Assembly (NCBI GenBank): GCA_002269645.1 | Contig: NIVC01001666.1 | Location: forward strand, 124,001-188,000 | Direction of reading: 5' to 3' | Length of the DNA: 64,000 nt | Source: Macrostomum lignano | Taxonomy: Eukaryota | Part shown: positions 33,267 to 48,605 of the stretch, one piece after another | Numbering within the stretch: position 1 is the stretch's first letter | How the letters are laid out: the number at the start of each line of letters is the position of its first letter | Notes under the pieces: model-generated | The model's database searches: none | Seen by the model: the letters and a program-made list of their open reading frames with translations, nothing else | Told to the model about the DNA's origin: nothing | Translations under genes and position numbers: made by a program

Positions 33267-33950
33267 ACTGCTGTCTCTCACTGCAGGTGACAGACGGGCA
33301 AGCAGAACTGACAGAAAATGCAAACAATGAGTGCTAATAATAATAGAGCCAACCCTGACGCTCTATCAACAAATCAGTGCTGCTGGGAACAACTTCGCCT
33401 ATGCAGGTCTCGGATTCAGTGCGAATGGGCTGGTGTCTGGTCAAAAATTAGACAAACAGGGGGCGTGTCTGGTGGGACTCTGCGCCTGCCAGCTACTGAA
33501 GGTTCTGCGGAAGTTTTCTTAACAAACAGCCAGATGAAGGGGTTGCGAACTGTGTTTGTATGCTCTGATGCTTTGCAGCCCTCGAATCTCTCACTCTCTC
33601 ACCTTGGCTTTGCTTTCGTTTAAGGCAAGTCAAAATAATCGAGGAGGATGAACGAGAGAGGCAGCTGGAGCCGCCCCCGCTCTTCCATTCCTAGAAACCC
33701 AAGGGGCTGCCGGCCGCCGCCCCACCTCCTCAGCGGTTGCTGCAGCCCGCCAGCCAATGAGAGCTCTCCGCTGCGATTCTTTAAACCGGCCATCGACCGA
33801 ACCAATGGCGAGGCTCCCTGTGAGGCGGCCTTCATCAACTGCCGGCGAATTTTTCCCAAACAGCTGCCCTGCTGTATTATTGACGAGAGCTCGATATCTC
33901 CGGTGTGTTGAGAAAGCATAGTCACTGTTCAGGTGCTAAAACTTCTTTTG

Positions 33951-34056
33951 ATGATGTTGGCTAGATTAGCAATCCATTCTATTCCTTCATCAGTGATGTT
34001 GGCTACAATCCATTCTATTCCTTCATCAGTGATGTTGGCTAGATTAGCAATCCTTC
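33951..34056. repeat. Short copy (~2.5 units) of the 42-bp TNPO-intron satellite
   Basis: ATCCATTCTATTCCTTCATCAGTGATGTTGGCTAGATTAGCA, identical to the units at 56.9-61.0 kb. Confidence 0.9.
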
Positions 34057-34614
34057 CAATACACTCGAATCATTAAAATTTTAATGATTTAGTTTTAGAA
34101 AAAAGTCTATTTCATAATTCCAACAAGCCTCTTTCTCTACTAAAATGCTTCTTAAAAAGCAAGCCATTGGGAACACGACTTGCTCATGAAGATTAAGTTC
34201 CCAAGTGGCTGGCTGTGAAGACGCGCTAATCCTCTCTGTAAACATCGCACCTGCTTGGTTGAAGAGCCGAGGATGTTGGCTCAAAAGATTGTGCTCAGTG
34301 GAGCGGGTAGCATATGGTGATATAATGGAGTTGAACAATTTGACTTTGAGTAGCTTCCAATACTCGTATATACGGTGGATGGCGCAATGAACCGATTGAA
34401 ATGACACCCGGCCACGGCGCAGCGGCTGACAGGTCCATGCCAACAATTCGATTAAAATTGAAGTCACGGGCTTGTGGACGCCAATTATAGTGACTTATCT
34501 ATGTAGGCCCTTGAGGGAGATTTGAGATTGTGCGCTAGGTTTTCCTATTTCTGATTTGACAATTGATTTTGCCTTCTTGATGAACTCTTATAACTTCTAT
34601 GGGGCGATTTGACA

Positions 34615-35700
34615 GGACAGGGGCGGATTTGAGAGGACAGGGGCGGATTTGAGAGGACAGGGGCGGATTTGAGAGGACAGGGGTTGATTTGAGAGGACAG
34701 GGGCGGATTTGAGAGGACAGGGGCGGATTTGAGAGGACAGGGGCGGATTTGAGAGGACAGGGGCGGGTTCAAGAGAGGACAGGGGCGGATTTGAAAGGAA
34801 TAGGGCGGATTTGAGAGGACAGGAGAGGATTCAAGAGAGAACAGGGGAGGAATTGAGAGGACAGGGGCGGATTTGGAGAACAGGGGCGGATTTGAGAGGA
34901 CAGGAGAGGATTCAAGAGAGAACAGGGGAGGAATTGAGAGAACAGGGGCGGATTTGAGAGGACAGGGGCGGATTTGGAGAACAGGGGCGAATTTGAGAGG
35001 ACAGGAGCGGATTCAAGAGAGGACAGGGGCGGATTTGAGAGGACAGGGGCGGATTTAAGAGAGGACAGGAGCGAATTTGAGAGGACAGGAGCGATTCAAG
35101 AGAGGACAGGGGCGGATTTGAGAGGACAGGGGCGGATTCAAGAGAGGACAGGAGCGGATTTGAGAGGACAGGGGCGGATTCAAGAGACGACAGGGGCGGA
35201 TTTGAGGACAGGAGCGGATTCAAGAGAGGACAGGGGCGGATTTGAGAGGACAGGGGCGGATTCAAGAGAGGACAGGGGCGGATTTGAGGACAGGGGCGGA
35301 TTCAAGAGAGGACAGGGGCGGATTTGAGAGGACAGGGGCGGATTCAAGAGAGGACAGGGGCGGATTTGAGAGGACAGGGGCGGATTCAAGAGAGGACAGG
35401 GGCGGATTTGAGAGGACAGGAGCGGATTCAAGAGAGGACAGGGGCGGATTTGAGAGGACAGGGGCGGATTCAAGAGAGGACAGGGGCGGATTCAAGAGAG
35501 GACAGGGGCGGATTTGAGAGGACAGGGGCGGATTCAAGAGAGGACAGGAGCGGATTTGAGAGGACAGGGGCGGATTCAAGAGAGGACAGGGGCGGATTCA
35601 AGAGAGGACAGGAGCGGATTTGAGAGGACAGGGGCGGATTCAAGAGAGGACAGGGGCGGATTTGAGAGGACAGGGGCGGATTCAAGAGAGGACAGGGGTG
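34615..35700. repeat. 20/22-bp minisatellite containing GGGGCGG GC-boxes
   Basis: Unit GGGCGGATTTGAGAGGACAG with a CAAGAGAG variant; roughly 35-40 GGGCGG by eye count. Confidence 0.9.
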
Positions 35701-36382
35701 GATTTGAAATGGATTTAGAAGGAACCGCACATGCATAAAAATATAGGATCGCATAGCTTAATTGAAAGAACAATCTCAAACATCCTACAGGAGCATAAGT
35801 GACGATGCACACCAGACTCTCATTCCATGAACTGGATCTGCTGTACACGCGCATTCAGCATCAAGTTACCGAAGGCAGAATGGTGTTACAAGCAGTGTAG
35901 CAATCAGTCAGTGATTTCTGCAACTGAAGCACAGAACAGACAGGACCTTAACGTAGGAAATCCGTCCCCTGCAAACCCCAGGCTGACTGCATGCTGAGCG
36001 TGTATCGATAATCTCCCCCTCCCCTCCATCGGATGCGTGCTGATATTTCACCGAATTCAGACTGATGCTGCAAGCGTTTCGCGTGCAATCTGACAACAGT
36101 AGCGACTTGGGCCATGAGCTGCGAACCAATTTGTTATGAGGCATTTCGCTACATGCCGAGCTCTGTCTCGCATTTTTGTGCAGAGCTGGACTCGAGCTTG
36201 GGGCTTGGTTTCGACGAGTGTTTTCTCCGCCCTCAAAGCCTTTGATGGTGTGTCAGTGCATAACCCACTGGAGTGTAGCTGACAGTCTTCAAGAATAATT
36301 TGCCTTTAGTGAGTGTGCTGTCTCTGCTGTTTGTGCGTTGTGCAATGTAGCCAAACACAATTCTGTGAATGGGTGCCTGGGT

Positions 36383-37317
<935 letters not shown>

Positions 37318-38131
37318 AATCCCAATGCTAAACCGCTGAAATCCCAATGCTATCTCAGGTGCCGACTCCATCAATCAACTTATAGAAAAGCCCAGAGCGC
37401 TCGCTCACCTCGGATATTGTTTTCAAAGTCAAATTAATAAATTTATCAGTCACGAGATCGCTCCAGAGAAAACTAGCATTTCCTTTGTCACCCGAGGCGC
37501 GAGCGCTGCGTCCGTAAGTGAGCAAAAACAACTCTTTGAGTTGCGCATGGCTCTGCAAGGGATTATTTTCCCAACAAAAGCTTCCCAGAGCCTGACTCCG
37601 CATGAGTGCGCCGGAATTGGCGGATCGGCCCCACCAAGTCCCCGCCTGTCGCATCCTCTCTGCCATTTATTTTTTGCCTGTTCGAAGTTAAAACTGGGTG
37701 AAAATTAATTAAGTTTTAAAATGGGAATCGGTTGGGGGAAAGGCCTCCAGAGTCCGCAGACAATGTGGGCATGATACGAAGACAGTCCCCAGTGGGATAA
37801 TCAAGTTGAAAAATTGCCCAGCAACTATGGGAAACCCAGCAGATCAGGCTGCTGCGGACTGGGTTGTCAGTCAATTTAAAATAGAAAGATAATTTTTTGC
37901 CTTTGCGTGAAATGAGGCGCACCTGTTGTTGGCGAGAGCAAAGTTTCCATTTGTTTGTGTTTTTGTCGTATAAAAATCTTATTAATATCAAGTTAAATTT
38001 TGGGTCCATTGTCGACGAACATTTTGTGTAGATTGACAGTTAAAAACTGGGCATCCAATTTGCATGTTGTTTTATGCATACGAACTTTGATATAAATAAC
38101 AGCTGATATTGTCATTCTAGCGATGAGGCGT

Positions 38132-38460
38132 GTGATTCTAGGAAAGGTGAGACTGGAGAGGGTAAAACAGGGACAGGTGATTCTAGGAAAGGTGAGACTG
38201 GAGAGAGGGTAAAGCGGGGATAGCTGATTCTAGGAAAGGTGAGACTGGAGAGGGTAAAGCGGGGATAGGTGATTCTAGGAAAGGTGAGACTGGAGAGGGT
38301 AAAGCGGGGACAGGTGATTCTAGGAAAGGTGAGACTGGAGAGGGTAAAGCGGGGACAGGTGATTCTAGGAAAGGTGAGACTGGAGAGGGTAAAGCGGGGA
38401 CAGGTGATTCTAGGAAAGGTGAGACTGGAGAGGGTAAAGCGGGGACAGGTGATTCTAGGA
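38132..38460. repeat. 45-bp tandem repeat, ~7 copies
   Basis: GTGATTCTAGGAAAGGTGAGACTGGAGAGGGTAAAGCGGGGACAG. Confidence 0.9.
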
Positions 38461-41400
38461 AAAACTTTAAAACAGACGAATTCCGAAAAAGGAGAGAGAA
38501 GATCGGGAAGCGAACTAGCAGATGCAGAAGCACTCAGCTTTACTTTGTAATCCTGTTAGGCATTTTAAACGAAATTTGATCCCACACAACTCCATCATTC
38601 CCATAGTAACACCGACGCTACACAGTCACGAGAGCAACAAAAACGTGTGCAAGACTTGCCGGCAGGTGCGAACAGTAAAAGAAGAGGAAGCCACATCGTA
38701 GTAACCCGGGTGTCATTATTTGCTGCGCGGTTTTTTGCAAAGCATTTAACATCCAGACGTTTCTTGCCAGCACAGGGATCTGCGAGTTGCCATGGGGGAG
38801 GGGATAAGTCGTTCCGGCACTTTGTCCAGGTGGGAGGTGTGATGGAAGATTTCCAGGGAAGAAAGAGGATTTGTAGGATTAATAGAGCGGGGGGGAAAGT
38901 GAAGGAGATTTCCCGCAGCTGCAGGTGTCTACCTGGCGGTGTGTGCAGTTGGGTCACTGGGGAGTTTCTACCTTGGCAACCACCGCCAGCTCCGCTGGGA
39001 CCGCCACGCACGGAGGAGAGAGTTTAGAACGCTTTAGAAAGTTATTAGGATAATCTTAATAAATCTTGTGCCACTTCCTGTGCCGCACACGCAGCCTCCT
39101 TTAAGCGCCATCATCGCACGATCGTGACTTTCTGCGGCTAAAAAATATTAATTCTTCCCCTTCTTCGTCTTTCCTCTCTTCCCGTCCACTTTCTTCCCAT
39201 TTTCCAATTCTTTGACTTATTCTTAATCTACCAAATAGCTGGTCAGGCTGCTTGCTTTGTTTATACTCGCATTTGCCAGCAGATTTGGCGGAAGGGTGAA
39301 ATATCACAGCACGGCAGCAGAATAATCAGGGCTCGAACCCCCGCCCCCTGGTCTAATAAACACCAGTGCTGCATTCGAGTTCAACGTCAATATATTTCGT
39401 CTACTCGTTTGTGAATCTGCATGGCAACCGAAGCTGGGGTTGGGGGGGGGGTTCCGCACGCCATCAACAGTTCGCAGCACGAGACTTTCCTCCATCATCC
39501 GACCGGCTTAAGGAAATCTGTGGGAAATTAAAACATCCACCATCCCCTTAGTTTAGCCGGGGTGTGTTTAGCATCAGCAACGGTGATTATAAACAGGTGT
39601 CAGTAGGGGTGCCCGTGCCATGGTTTCGAGCTGGTTAGATGGGGATTCTTAATTGAGGACTCGGGGGGGGGGGCATTTTATTTGATGAGGGAGAGAGTTC
39701 CCCCCCCCCCCAAGTACTTCAAGTGGCACCGCAATGCGCAATTATTTCCATTGTCGAAGCGAAATCTGAAGAACCGAAATTAAGCTAACTGTTTATTTTG
39801 AAGTTCAAAGCAAACTTAGCGAAGTATCAAGAGAGAGAGAGAGAGAGTTCACTAAATTTAACAATGGGTTTTAATGGGTTTAAATATGACAGACTAAACC
39901 AAGACTGCATGCGACAGTGTTATAAAGATCTACAAAGACTCTCTCACACAGTACAGCCTATGCAAAAGACTGCTGATTGTCACAATGTTAAAGCTTGCTT
40001 CCAGCTAGTCAGGGTGTCCCCCCTATAGCGGCCACTTCATCACTTCATCTCCGCCCCCCCCCCTCACGCCCTGCCACCTGATCGCTAATCAATTCGGGAT
40101 CTTCAGCACGCCCGCTGATCTCGGGGATTTCGAAAGGATGCTAGCTGGGAGTGCAGGTACGGTTCCGCCCCTCGGCTGCATATTTTAGGATATTTAGCAC
40201 CTTCACTGCTAAACTCGCGCCCATACCTGCTTGACACGGGCCAAAGAGAGGGGGGTGGGAGGAGAAGTGAAAAAAGTGGGCAAGATTCTGATCTGCCCAG
40301 TGCAGGGCCAAGAAGCGATCTAGATAAGCATCTGCACAAGGCTGCCCCCCCCCCCAAGGGGGAGGCTGCGCCAGTTCTTGGCCCGTCTGGCTGGAACAGA
40401 GGAAGCTGTGCCCTCGCAGGATGCAGCGCCACCCATAGCGAGGGAGGCTGGGAAAGTGTTAACACTTCAAAGCGACCAGCAGCTAAACAGCTAATGGCAC
40501 AGCTTAAGCCCCGGGTATTCGAGACTTTGCTATCGATTTTTGATTTGCCAAGGAATGGTTTGTCACTATCTGACTGTTGGGATCAGAGCGTTCCTTGTCA
40601 CGATTTCCCCGAATCCCGAAGTAAGTCTCCAACAGTTCCAGCGGCGCATTCCAGCACGCGCTTCATCAAGTTGCTGCCAGCATCTCTCCCAGCTTCTGCC
40701 TGGCTTGTGTAGCCAAGTCATTTTCGTCAGTGAACTCGAAATTGAACCGCTTCTCCCACAGCCAGCCTGATTTGGATCTTCAATGAGAAGTTTGAAAAAC
40801 TGGTCGAATCCTAAAAGAAAAAGAAATGGCTTTAAACTATCTGTGGGTGTTCTGTGAAGTTTGCCGCACAGGTTTCTGGGTTCGGTACAGAGCTGCGCGA
40901 ACTGCAAATTATAATTAAGATGAAAGCAAAATGGATGGCCCCACTGGTCTTGTAGCAATTGTTCGCACCGGGCCGGTTCGTCTGCCCCAATGCGGTCCTG
41001 GGCTGGGGAACAGGTAAGAAGAGGCCAAAACTTCTTCTATTAGAAGCAAAAAATGACACAATCGAGGTTGGCGCAATATGATCCGGGGAAAGGTAGTTAC
41101 AAGACAATCATCCCCTCATCAACTCAGACTGAAGCAAAGTCATAATTCATTTTCTATCTACAAACTGTTGTTGGCAGTCTGCCGCCAAGGCAATGCTTCA
41201 TCTTAGCAGCTATAAATCCCTGAGCAATAAAAGCTCGCCTTCAAGTTTCAGATCTCAAATTTCACAATCCCTTGGATTGAATGCGGTTGCCAGGGGGAGA
41301 AGGGTGACTCTTCACCTTCTAGAAGCAGAATAATCCGCATTGTAAAAGCACTTGAAAACACAAAACCCCAAGAAGCTCAGTTTTAACAACTCACCTCAAA

Positions 41401-41849
41401 GTTGTTCTCCGCTTAGAGTTCCGCATTTCGAAATCGTTCTGCAGAAAATCTTCTTCTAAAAGCAGCAATCTGTGCGAATTTCGACTCGGTGGCGGAGAAT
41501 TTCGGTCGGCACCGCCTGCTTTTGTCTGCTTTCAGCCTGTCGAACCGCCCTCCCTCCGCTGCAGTCGGGGAGACCAGCGAGAAGGATTTCTTGGCGTTTA
41601 AAGCGTTGGCCACTCAGTCAGTGTATACACAGAAAGCAATTCAAGGGGGCGCATCAGTCGCTCACTGTTGTCTCAGATAATACCCTCCCTACTGGCCTGC
41701 CTCCCCCATTCGGTGTTTAGGAGGCACTGCGGCAGGATGCGCCTGCGAGAGAGGAGGGAGAGGAGGAGATGTCGGCTGTGCCCCTCAGGATGCTGGCAAC
41801 TAGAAGATTTCGTGTATTTTTTGCCTCTCATTTGTGCCACTGTCTCTCT

Positions 41850-42715
41850 TGACTCCACCTCTCTGCCTTCCTTTCTCACCTCTCTCCCTCTCTTTCTCAC
41901 CTCTCTTCCTCGCTTTCTCACCTCTCTCCCTCTCTTTCTCACCTCTCTTCCTCGCTTTCTCACCTCTCTCCCTCTCTTTCTCACCTCTCTCCCTCTCTTT
42001 CTCACCTCTCTCCCTCTCTTTCTCACCTCTCTCCCTCTCTTTCTCACCTCTCTTCCTCTCTTTCTCACCTCTCTCCCTCTCTTTCTCACCTCTCTCCCTC
42101 TCTTTCTCACCTCTCTCCCTCTCTTTCTCACCTCTCTCCCTCTCTTTCTCACCTCTCTCCCTCTCTTTCTCACCTCTCTTCTTCTCTTTCTCATCTCCCT
42201 CCCTCTCTCCTCACCTCTCTCCCTCTCTTTCTCACCTCTCTTCCTCTCTTTCTCATCTCCCTCCCTCTCTCCTCACCTCTCTCCCTCTCTTTCTCACCTC
42301 TCTCCCTCTCTTTCTCACCTCTCTCCCTCTCTTTCTCACCTCTCTCCCTCTCTTTCTCACCTCTCTTCCTCTCTTTCTCACCTCTCTCCCTCTCTTTCTC
42401 ACCTCTCTCCCTCTCTCCTCACCTCTCTCCCTCTCTTTCTCACCTCTCTCCCTCTCTTTCTCACCTCTCTCCCCCTCTTTCTCACCTCTCTCCCTCTCTT
42501 TCTCACCTCTCTCCCTCTCTTTCTCACCTCTCTCCCTCTCTTTCTCACCTCTCTCCCTCTCTTTTTCTCACCTCTCTCCCTCTCTTTCTCACCTCTCTCC
42601 CTCTCTTTCTCACCTCTCTTCCTCTCTTTCTCACCTCTCTCCCTCTCTTTTTCTCACCTCCTCTCTCACCTTTCTCCCTCTCTTTTCTCTCCCTTATCTC
42701 CCCTCACCTCTCTCT
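41850..42715. repeat. Polypyrimidine ~21-bp repeat (CTCTCTTTCTCACCTCTCTCC)
   Basis: Direct. Confidence 0.9.
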
Positions 42716-43405
42716 TACTCAGAAACTATCACACATAATAAAAATCAATGTGCCCTTTTTTGACGTGAACAAAAATTCACAACGAATCCAATTACAAAAA
42801 ACAATGCATTGATTGATGGGCGCTCATTATTAGCCACTTATTGCAACACTGATTGGGGCACAGGGAAGTTCAAAGTTCAAAGGCGCGCACGGGTGCAGTT
42901 GTCTCGACACAGGAAATGGTGAAGCTTCGGCAACCCTGTCTACACAGCTAATTAGACAATGGAATGCATCCGCAGATGATATCTCTGAATAAAGACTTCA
43001 CTATAACCTCCTCCTCTATACAAAGACCCATTGTGGAAGGCTTTGCAGAGTATTAATGTGAAATTGAAATCCCAGCGCCCTGCATTCCATTCTGACAGAA
43101 CAGGAGAATTCCGCTGCTTGGGTGCGTGGGTGTCCCCAATGCCCCCCACACTCTCAGCCCCCCCCCCCCAGACAGGACCTGCGAATTCCATTCTGGATCT
43201 GTCAGTCAAATCTAGACGCTTATGAAAGGTCTGGGTGAATGCCGAAGTATTCCTTTTGGCCGGCCGAATCTTCCCACGAACCTCTTGGAGGGCATTGCTG
43301 CGCACGGGCCTTGGGTCCCACTTGGTGGCCGGCATCTTAGCCAGCTGTCTCGAGTGTCCCTCACTCAGCTTTGGTTGCGGTCCGGATGTCAGCTGCTAAT
43401 TCTCT

Positions 43406-45700
43406 GACACTCACCTGCCAGCATCTGACACTCACCTGCCAGCATCTGACACTCACCTGCCAGCATCTGACACTCACCTGCCAGCATCTGACACTCACCT
43501 GCCAGCATCTGACACTCACCTGCCAGCATCTGACACTCACCTACCAGCATCTGACACTCACCTGCCAGCATCTGACACTCACCTGCTAGCATCTGACACT
43601 CACCTGCCAGCATCTGACACTCACCTGTCAGCATCTGACACTCACCTGCCAGCATCTGACACTCACCTGCTAGCATCTGACACTCACCTGCCAGCATCTG
43701 ACACTCACCTGTCAGCATCTGACACTCACCTGCCAGCATCTGACACTCATTCACCAACATATGACACTCATTCAAAAGCATCTGACACTCACCTGCTAGC
43801 ATCTGACACTCACCTGCTAGCATCTGACACTCACCTGCCAGCATCTGACACTCATTCACCAACATATGACACTCATTCAAAAGCATCTGACACTCACCTG
43901 CTAGCATCTGACACTCACCTGCCAGCATTTGACACTCACCTGCCAGTATCTGACACTCACCTGCCAGCATCTGACACTCACCTGCCAGCATCTGACACTC
44001 ATTCACCAACATATGACACTCATTCAAAAGCATCTGACACTCACCTGCTAGCATCTGACACTCACCTGCCAGCATTTGACACTCACCTGCCAGTATCTGA
44101 CACTCACCTGCCAGCATCTGACACTCACCTGCCAGCATCTGACACTTACCTGCTAGCATCTGACACTCAACTGCCAGCATCTGACACTCAACTGCCAGCA
44201 TCTGACACTCACCTGCCAGCATCTGACACTCACCTGCTAGCATCTGATACTCATTCAAAAGCATCTGACACTCATTCAAAAGCATCTGACACTCACCCGC
44301 TAGCATCTGACACTCACCTGCCAGCATCTGACACTCACCTGCCAGCATCTGACACTCACCTACCATCATCTGACACTCACCCGCCAGCATCTGACACTCA
44401 CCCGCCAGCATCTGACACTCAACTGCCAGCATCTGACACTCACCTGCCAGCATCTGACACTCACCCGCCAGCATCTGACACTCACCTGCCAGCATCTGAC
44501 ACTCACCTGCCAGCATCTGAAACTCACCCGCCAGCATCTGACACTCACCTGCCAGCATCTGACACTCACCCGCCAGCATCTGACACTCACCTGCCAGCAT
44601 CTGACACTCACCCGCCAGCATCTGACACTCACCCGCCAGCATCTGACACTCACCCGCCAGCATCTGACACTCACCTGCCAGCATCTGACACTCACCTGTC
44701 AGCATCTGACACTCACCCGCCAGCATCTGACACTCACCCGCCAGCATCTGACACTCACCCGCCAGCATCTGACACTCACCTGCCAGCATCTGACACTTAC
44801 CTGCTAGCATCTGACACTCAACTGCCAGCATCTGACACTCAACTGCCAGCATCTGACACTCACCTGCCAGCATCTGACACTCACCTGCTAGCATCTGATA
44901 CTCATTCAAAAGCATCTGACACTCATTCAAAAGCATCTGACACTCACCCGCTAGCATCTGACACTCACCTGCCAGCATCTGACACTCACCTGCCAGCATC
45001 TGACACTCACCTGCCAGCATCTGACACTCACCTGCTAGCATCTGACACTCACCTGCCAGCATCTGACACTCACCTGTCAGCATCTGACACTCACCTGCCA
45101 GCATCTGACACTCACCCGCCAGCATCTGACACTCACCTGCCAGCATCTGACACTCACCTGCCAGCATCTGACACTCACCCGCCAGCATCTGACACTCACC
45201 TGTCAGCATCTGACACTCACCCGCCAGCATCTGACACTCACCTGCCAGCATCTGACACTCACCTGCCAGCATCTGACACTCACCCGCCAGCATCTGACAC
45301 TCACCCGCCAGCATCTGACACTCACCCGCCAGCATCTGACACTCACCTGCCAGCATCTGACACTTACCTGCTAGCATCTGACACTCAACTGCCAGCATCT
45401 GACACTCAACTGCCAGCATCTGACACTCACCTGCCAGCATCTGACACTCACCTGCTAGCATCTGATACTCATTCAAAAGCATCTGACACTCATTCAAAAG
45501 CATCTGACACTCACCCGCTAGCATCTGACACTCACCTGCCAGCATCTGACACTCACCTGCCAGCATCTGACACTCACCTGCCAGCATCTGACACTCACCC
45601 GCCAGCATCTGACACTCACCTGCCAGCATCTGACACTCACCTGCCAGCATCTGACACTCACCCGCCAGCATCTGACACTCACCTGCCAGCATCTGACACC
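43406..45700. repeat. 21-bp minisatellite, ~109 copies, with higher-order blocks
   Basis: Unit CTGACACTCACCTGCCAGCAT; variant blocks (ACTCATTCAAAAG) recur at ~44250, 44900 and 45470. Confidence 0.95.
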
Positions 45701-47114
45701 ACAGAACCCACCATTATAGACGGTGACCTTCTAACTTCGAGCATAAAACTTCTACAAGGGTAAATGAGTCATAGCAACTAGGAAAAATTGTCATAGGAGA
45801 ATTTTTTCCTCCTGATGAAAGAAACGCAATCGCCAACTGACTGACTGACTGACACTTGCCCAACCCCCCCCCCCAGCCTGCGGTCAAGACACCTGAGAGC
45901 GCCCTCCACTCTTAGCAGTCGGATTCCGCAGCCTTGAATATCATGGGAAAGCTTCAGGAGACAGGAGGGACGGAACGGTCGCGGGTCCCATGACAACTGC
46001 CCGGCTCGAAGGCTCCCCGCGGAGTCCCAGCAAACAGCTGGGGCGGCATTCGCAAATGCCCCAGCAGATTTCAGCTGCCCCCAACCCATCCACTTTCATC
46101 GAGACTTCGGGCACGCATTTCGGCTAAAAGACACGAGCAAAAAATTGAAGGGGTCAGGTTGCTGCACAGCAGATGATCCTCTCGCGTCTTTGCAAATTGC
46201 CATCCTAGAGACACGGACAGACAGACGGACGGACAGGCAGGCAGGCAGACAGGCGGGGTTAACAGCGCGGAGCACGTGTTGCGCGTGTCTCTCCTCGCTG
46301 CCCTGCCCTGGCCTCGTGCGTTAACGAAAAAAGATTTTTTGTAAACAAAATTAAAAAATCGCCTGCCTGCCCCTTTTGCAGCTGTAATTAATGCCGCCAA
46401 TTCTCGCAGCCTCTTCGCTTCATCAGAAATAAGTCGAAGGGAAAATCTTCTGACCACGAGGCAGCTCTGGGCGGGGGGGGAGGAAAGAAAAAGGTGCGAA
46501 AAAGGGCTCTCCTCCCAGCAACCAAATCCGGGCGAAGCCAAAGGCAGTCAGCAGCAATAGGGGAGGATTAAGTGAGGCCCAGTGAATCCCCAATTAACTG
46601 GATCGGAACTTATTTTCACTGAAAACATTGGGGCGGCAGGAACTGCCCAGAAATTGAAGAAAATCGAAGAGAGAGAGAGGAGAGGGCGCGAAGTGATGGA
46701 GCTGGAGGGGTGTAAGTGGGCTGAGACTGGGTGAGTGCCCAGTGTGAGGGAAAACAAACCGTTCCGCACTGCCAGCCGGCAGAAGATTTCGCTTAAGTTT
46801 AAGGTGCGGCGGCGGATTAATATTTTCTGCGCCGGGCTTGGGTCGATATAATAAAATCTTTCAAACATTTTATTGCCCCGTGCCGTGTTTCATCGAATAA
46901 GGAAAAAACACTTTTGGTGTCTGCTGCTGCAGTTTTGAATTCCTTCTGTGGAATTTGCTTGAAATGAAAATTTCGCTGAAAGAGAGACTTCACGCCTGAT
47001 GGAAGTGCTTGGGAGAGGGAGACTGGGGATGGGGCGGCCGGCCTTGCGGACAGGGGGCCTGTCAATCAGTCATCCCGAGAACGCAGACTGTTAGAATTAT
47101 TAAAGGGTAATATA

Positions 47115-47670
47115 AACAGATAGGTAGATAAGTAGATAGGTAGGTAGATAGGTAGTAGGTAGAAAGGTAGATAGATAGGCAGATAGGTAGATAGGTAGAT
47201 AGGTAAGTAGACAGGTAGATAGGTAGATGGGTAGATAGGTAGATAGGTAGATGGGTAGACAGATAGATGAGTAGACAGGTAGATGAGTAGACAGGTAGAT
47301 GAGTAGACAGGTAGATGGGTAGACAGGTAGATGGGTAGATAGGTAGATGGGTAGACAGGTAGATGAGTAGACAGGTAGATGAGTAGACAGGTAGATAGGT
47401 AGATGGGTAGATAGGTAGATGGGTAGATAGGTAGATGGGTAGACAGGTAGATGAGTAGACAGGTAGATGAGTAGACAGGTAGATGAGTAGACAGGTAGAT
47501 GGGTAGACAGGTAGATGAGTAGACAGGTAGAGGGGTAGACAGGTAGATGGGTAGACAGGTAGATGGGTAGACAGGTAGATGAGTAGACAGGTAGAGGGGT
47601 AGACAGGTAGATGGGTAGACAGGTAGATGGGTAGACAGGTAGATGGGTAGACAGGTAGATGGGTGGACAG
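47115..47670. repeat. 16-bp GATA-derived repeat (GTAGATGGGTAGACAG)
   Basis: Direct. Confidence 0.9.
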
Positions 47671-48254
47671 TGTGCGCAGCCAGCAATCCGTGAATGAATA
47701 ATTCAGGCCCTCAGCAAACAGAAGCGGCTACTGAAGTGTCCAAGCCGGCAGTCGATGGGGCTGCCATGAGGCGGAGGGCCGCAGGGGGTGGCAGCTCTTG
47801 ACCCGAGCCTTTTGAGCACAGACAAACACGAGACTCCAAGCAGACCAAGTCCACCTTGAGCGGCTGAGTTGGGGGGGGGGGCGAATTTCAATTCCGACAA
47901 AGACAAACAAAGATTGCTCAGTGTATAAAATGAGAACAGGTCTTCAGGACCATGTGCTCAATCCTTAGAAGTCCCTTCTGTCAACTCCCGAACCCAACTG
48001 TTAGTGAGAAGCGCCTTGGACTCTATTGGCCTGCGGAATTGGCTTGCATCACCGCGCCCAGTGTTTGGGTCAGTTTTGACTCAATAATTCTGTCAGCTCA
48101 AATCCCAATTATATCACACCTTAAATAGCCCGAATCCAATTCAATATGATTGCGTTTGATTGAAATTTTTGGATTACCTTGACAGAGTTTTGATGAGCTC
48201 CCATGATTGCTCAAGAAAAGGTTCAGAGCCGTAGCTTTCAAAACTTGCCTGAGG

Positions 48255-48605
<351 letters not shown>

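Noticed and set aside
33620-33925. 101-aa ORF upstream of FoxC as an additional coding exon
   Set aside because: No recognisable homology; the region looks like promoter/5' UTR (CCAAT boxes, TTTAAA)
37355-41720. Short ORFs in the unique islands upstream of FoxC
   Set aside because: Mostly non-ATG starts, no domain motifs and no consistent splice-phase chain
43389-45692. 767-aa ORF and other long ORFs over repeats (36289-37374, 41668-42763, 50450-51754, 53009-54646, 54938-56155, 56871-60992)
   Set aside because: Stop-free translations of minisatellites with no non-repetitive coding context
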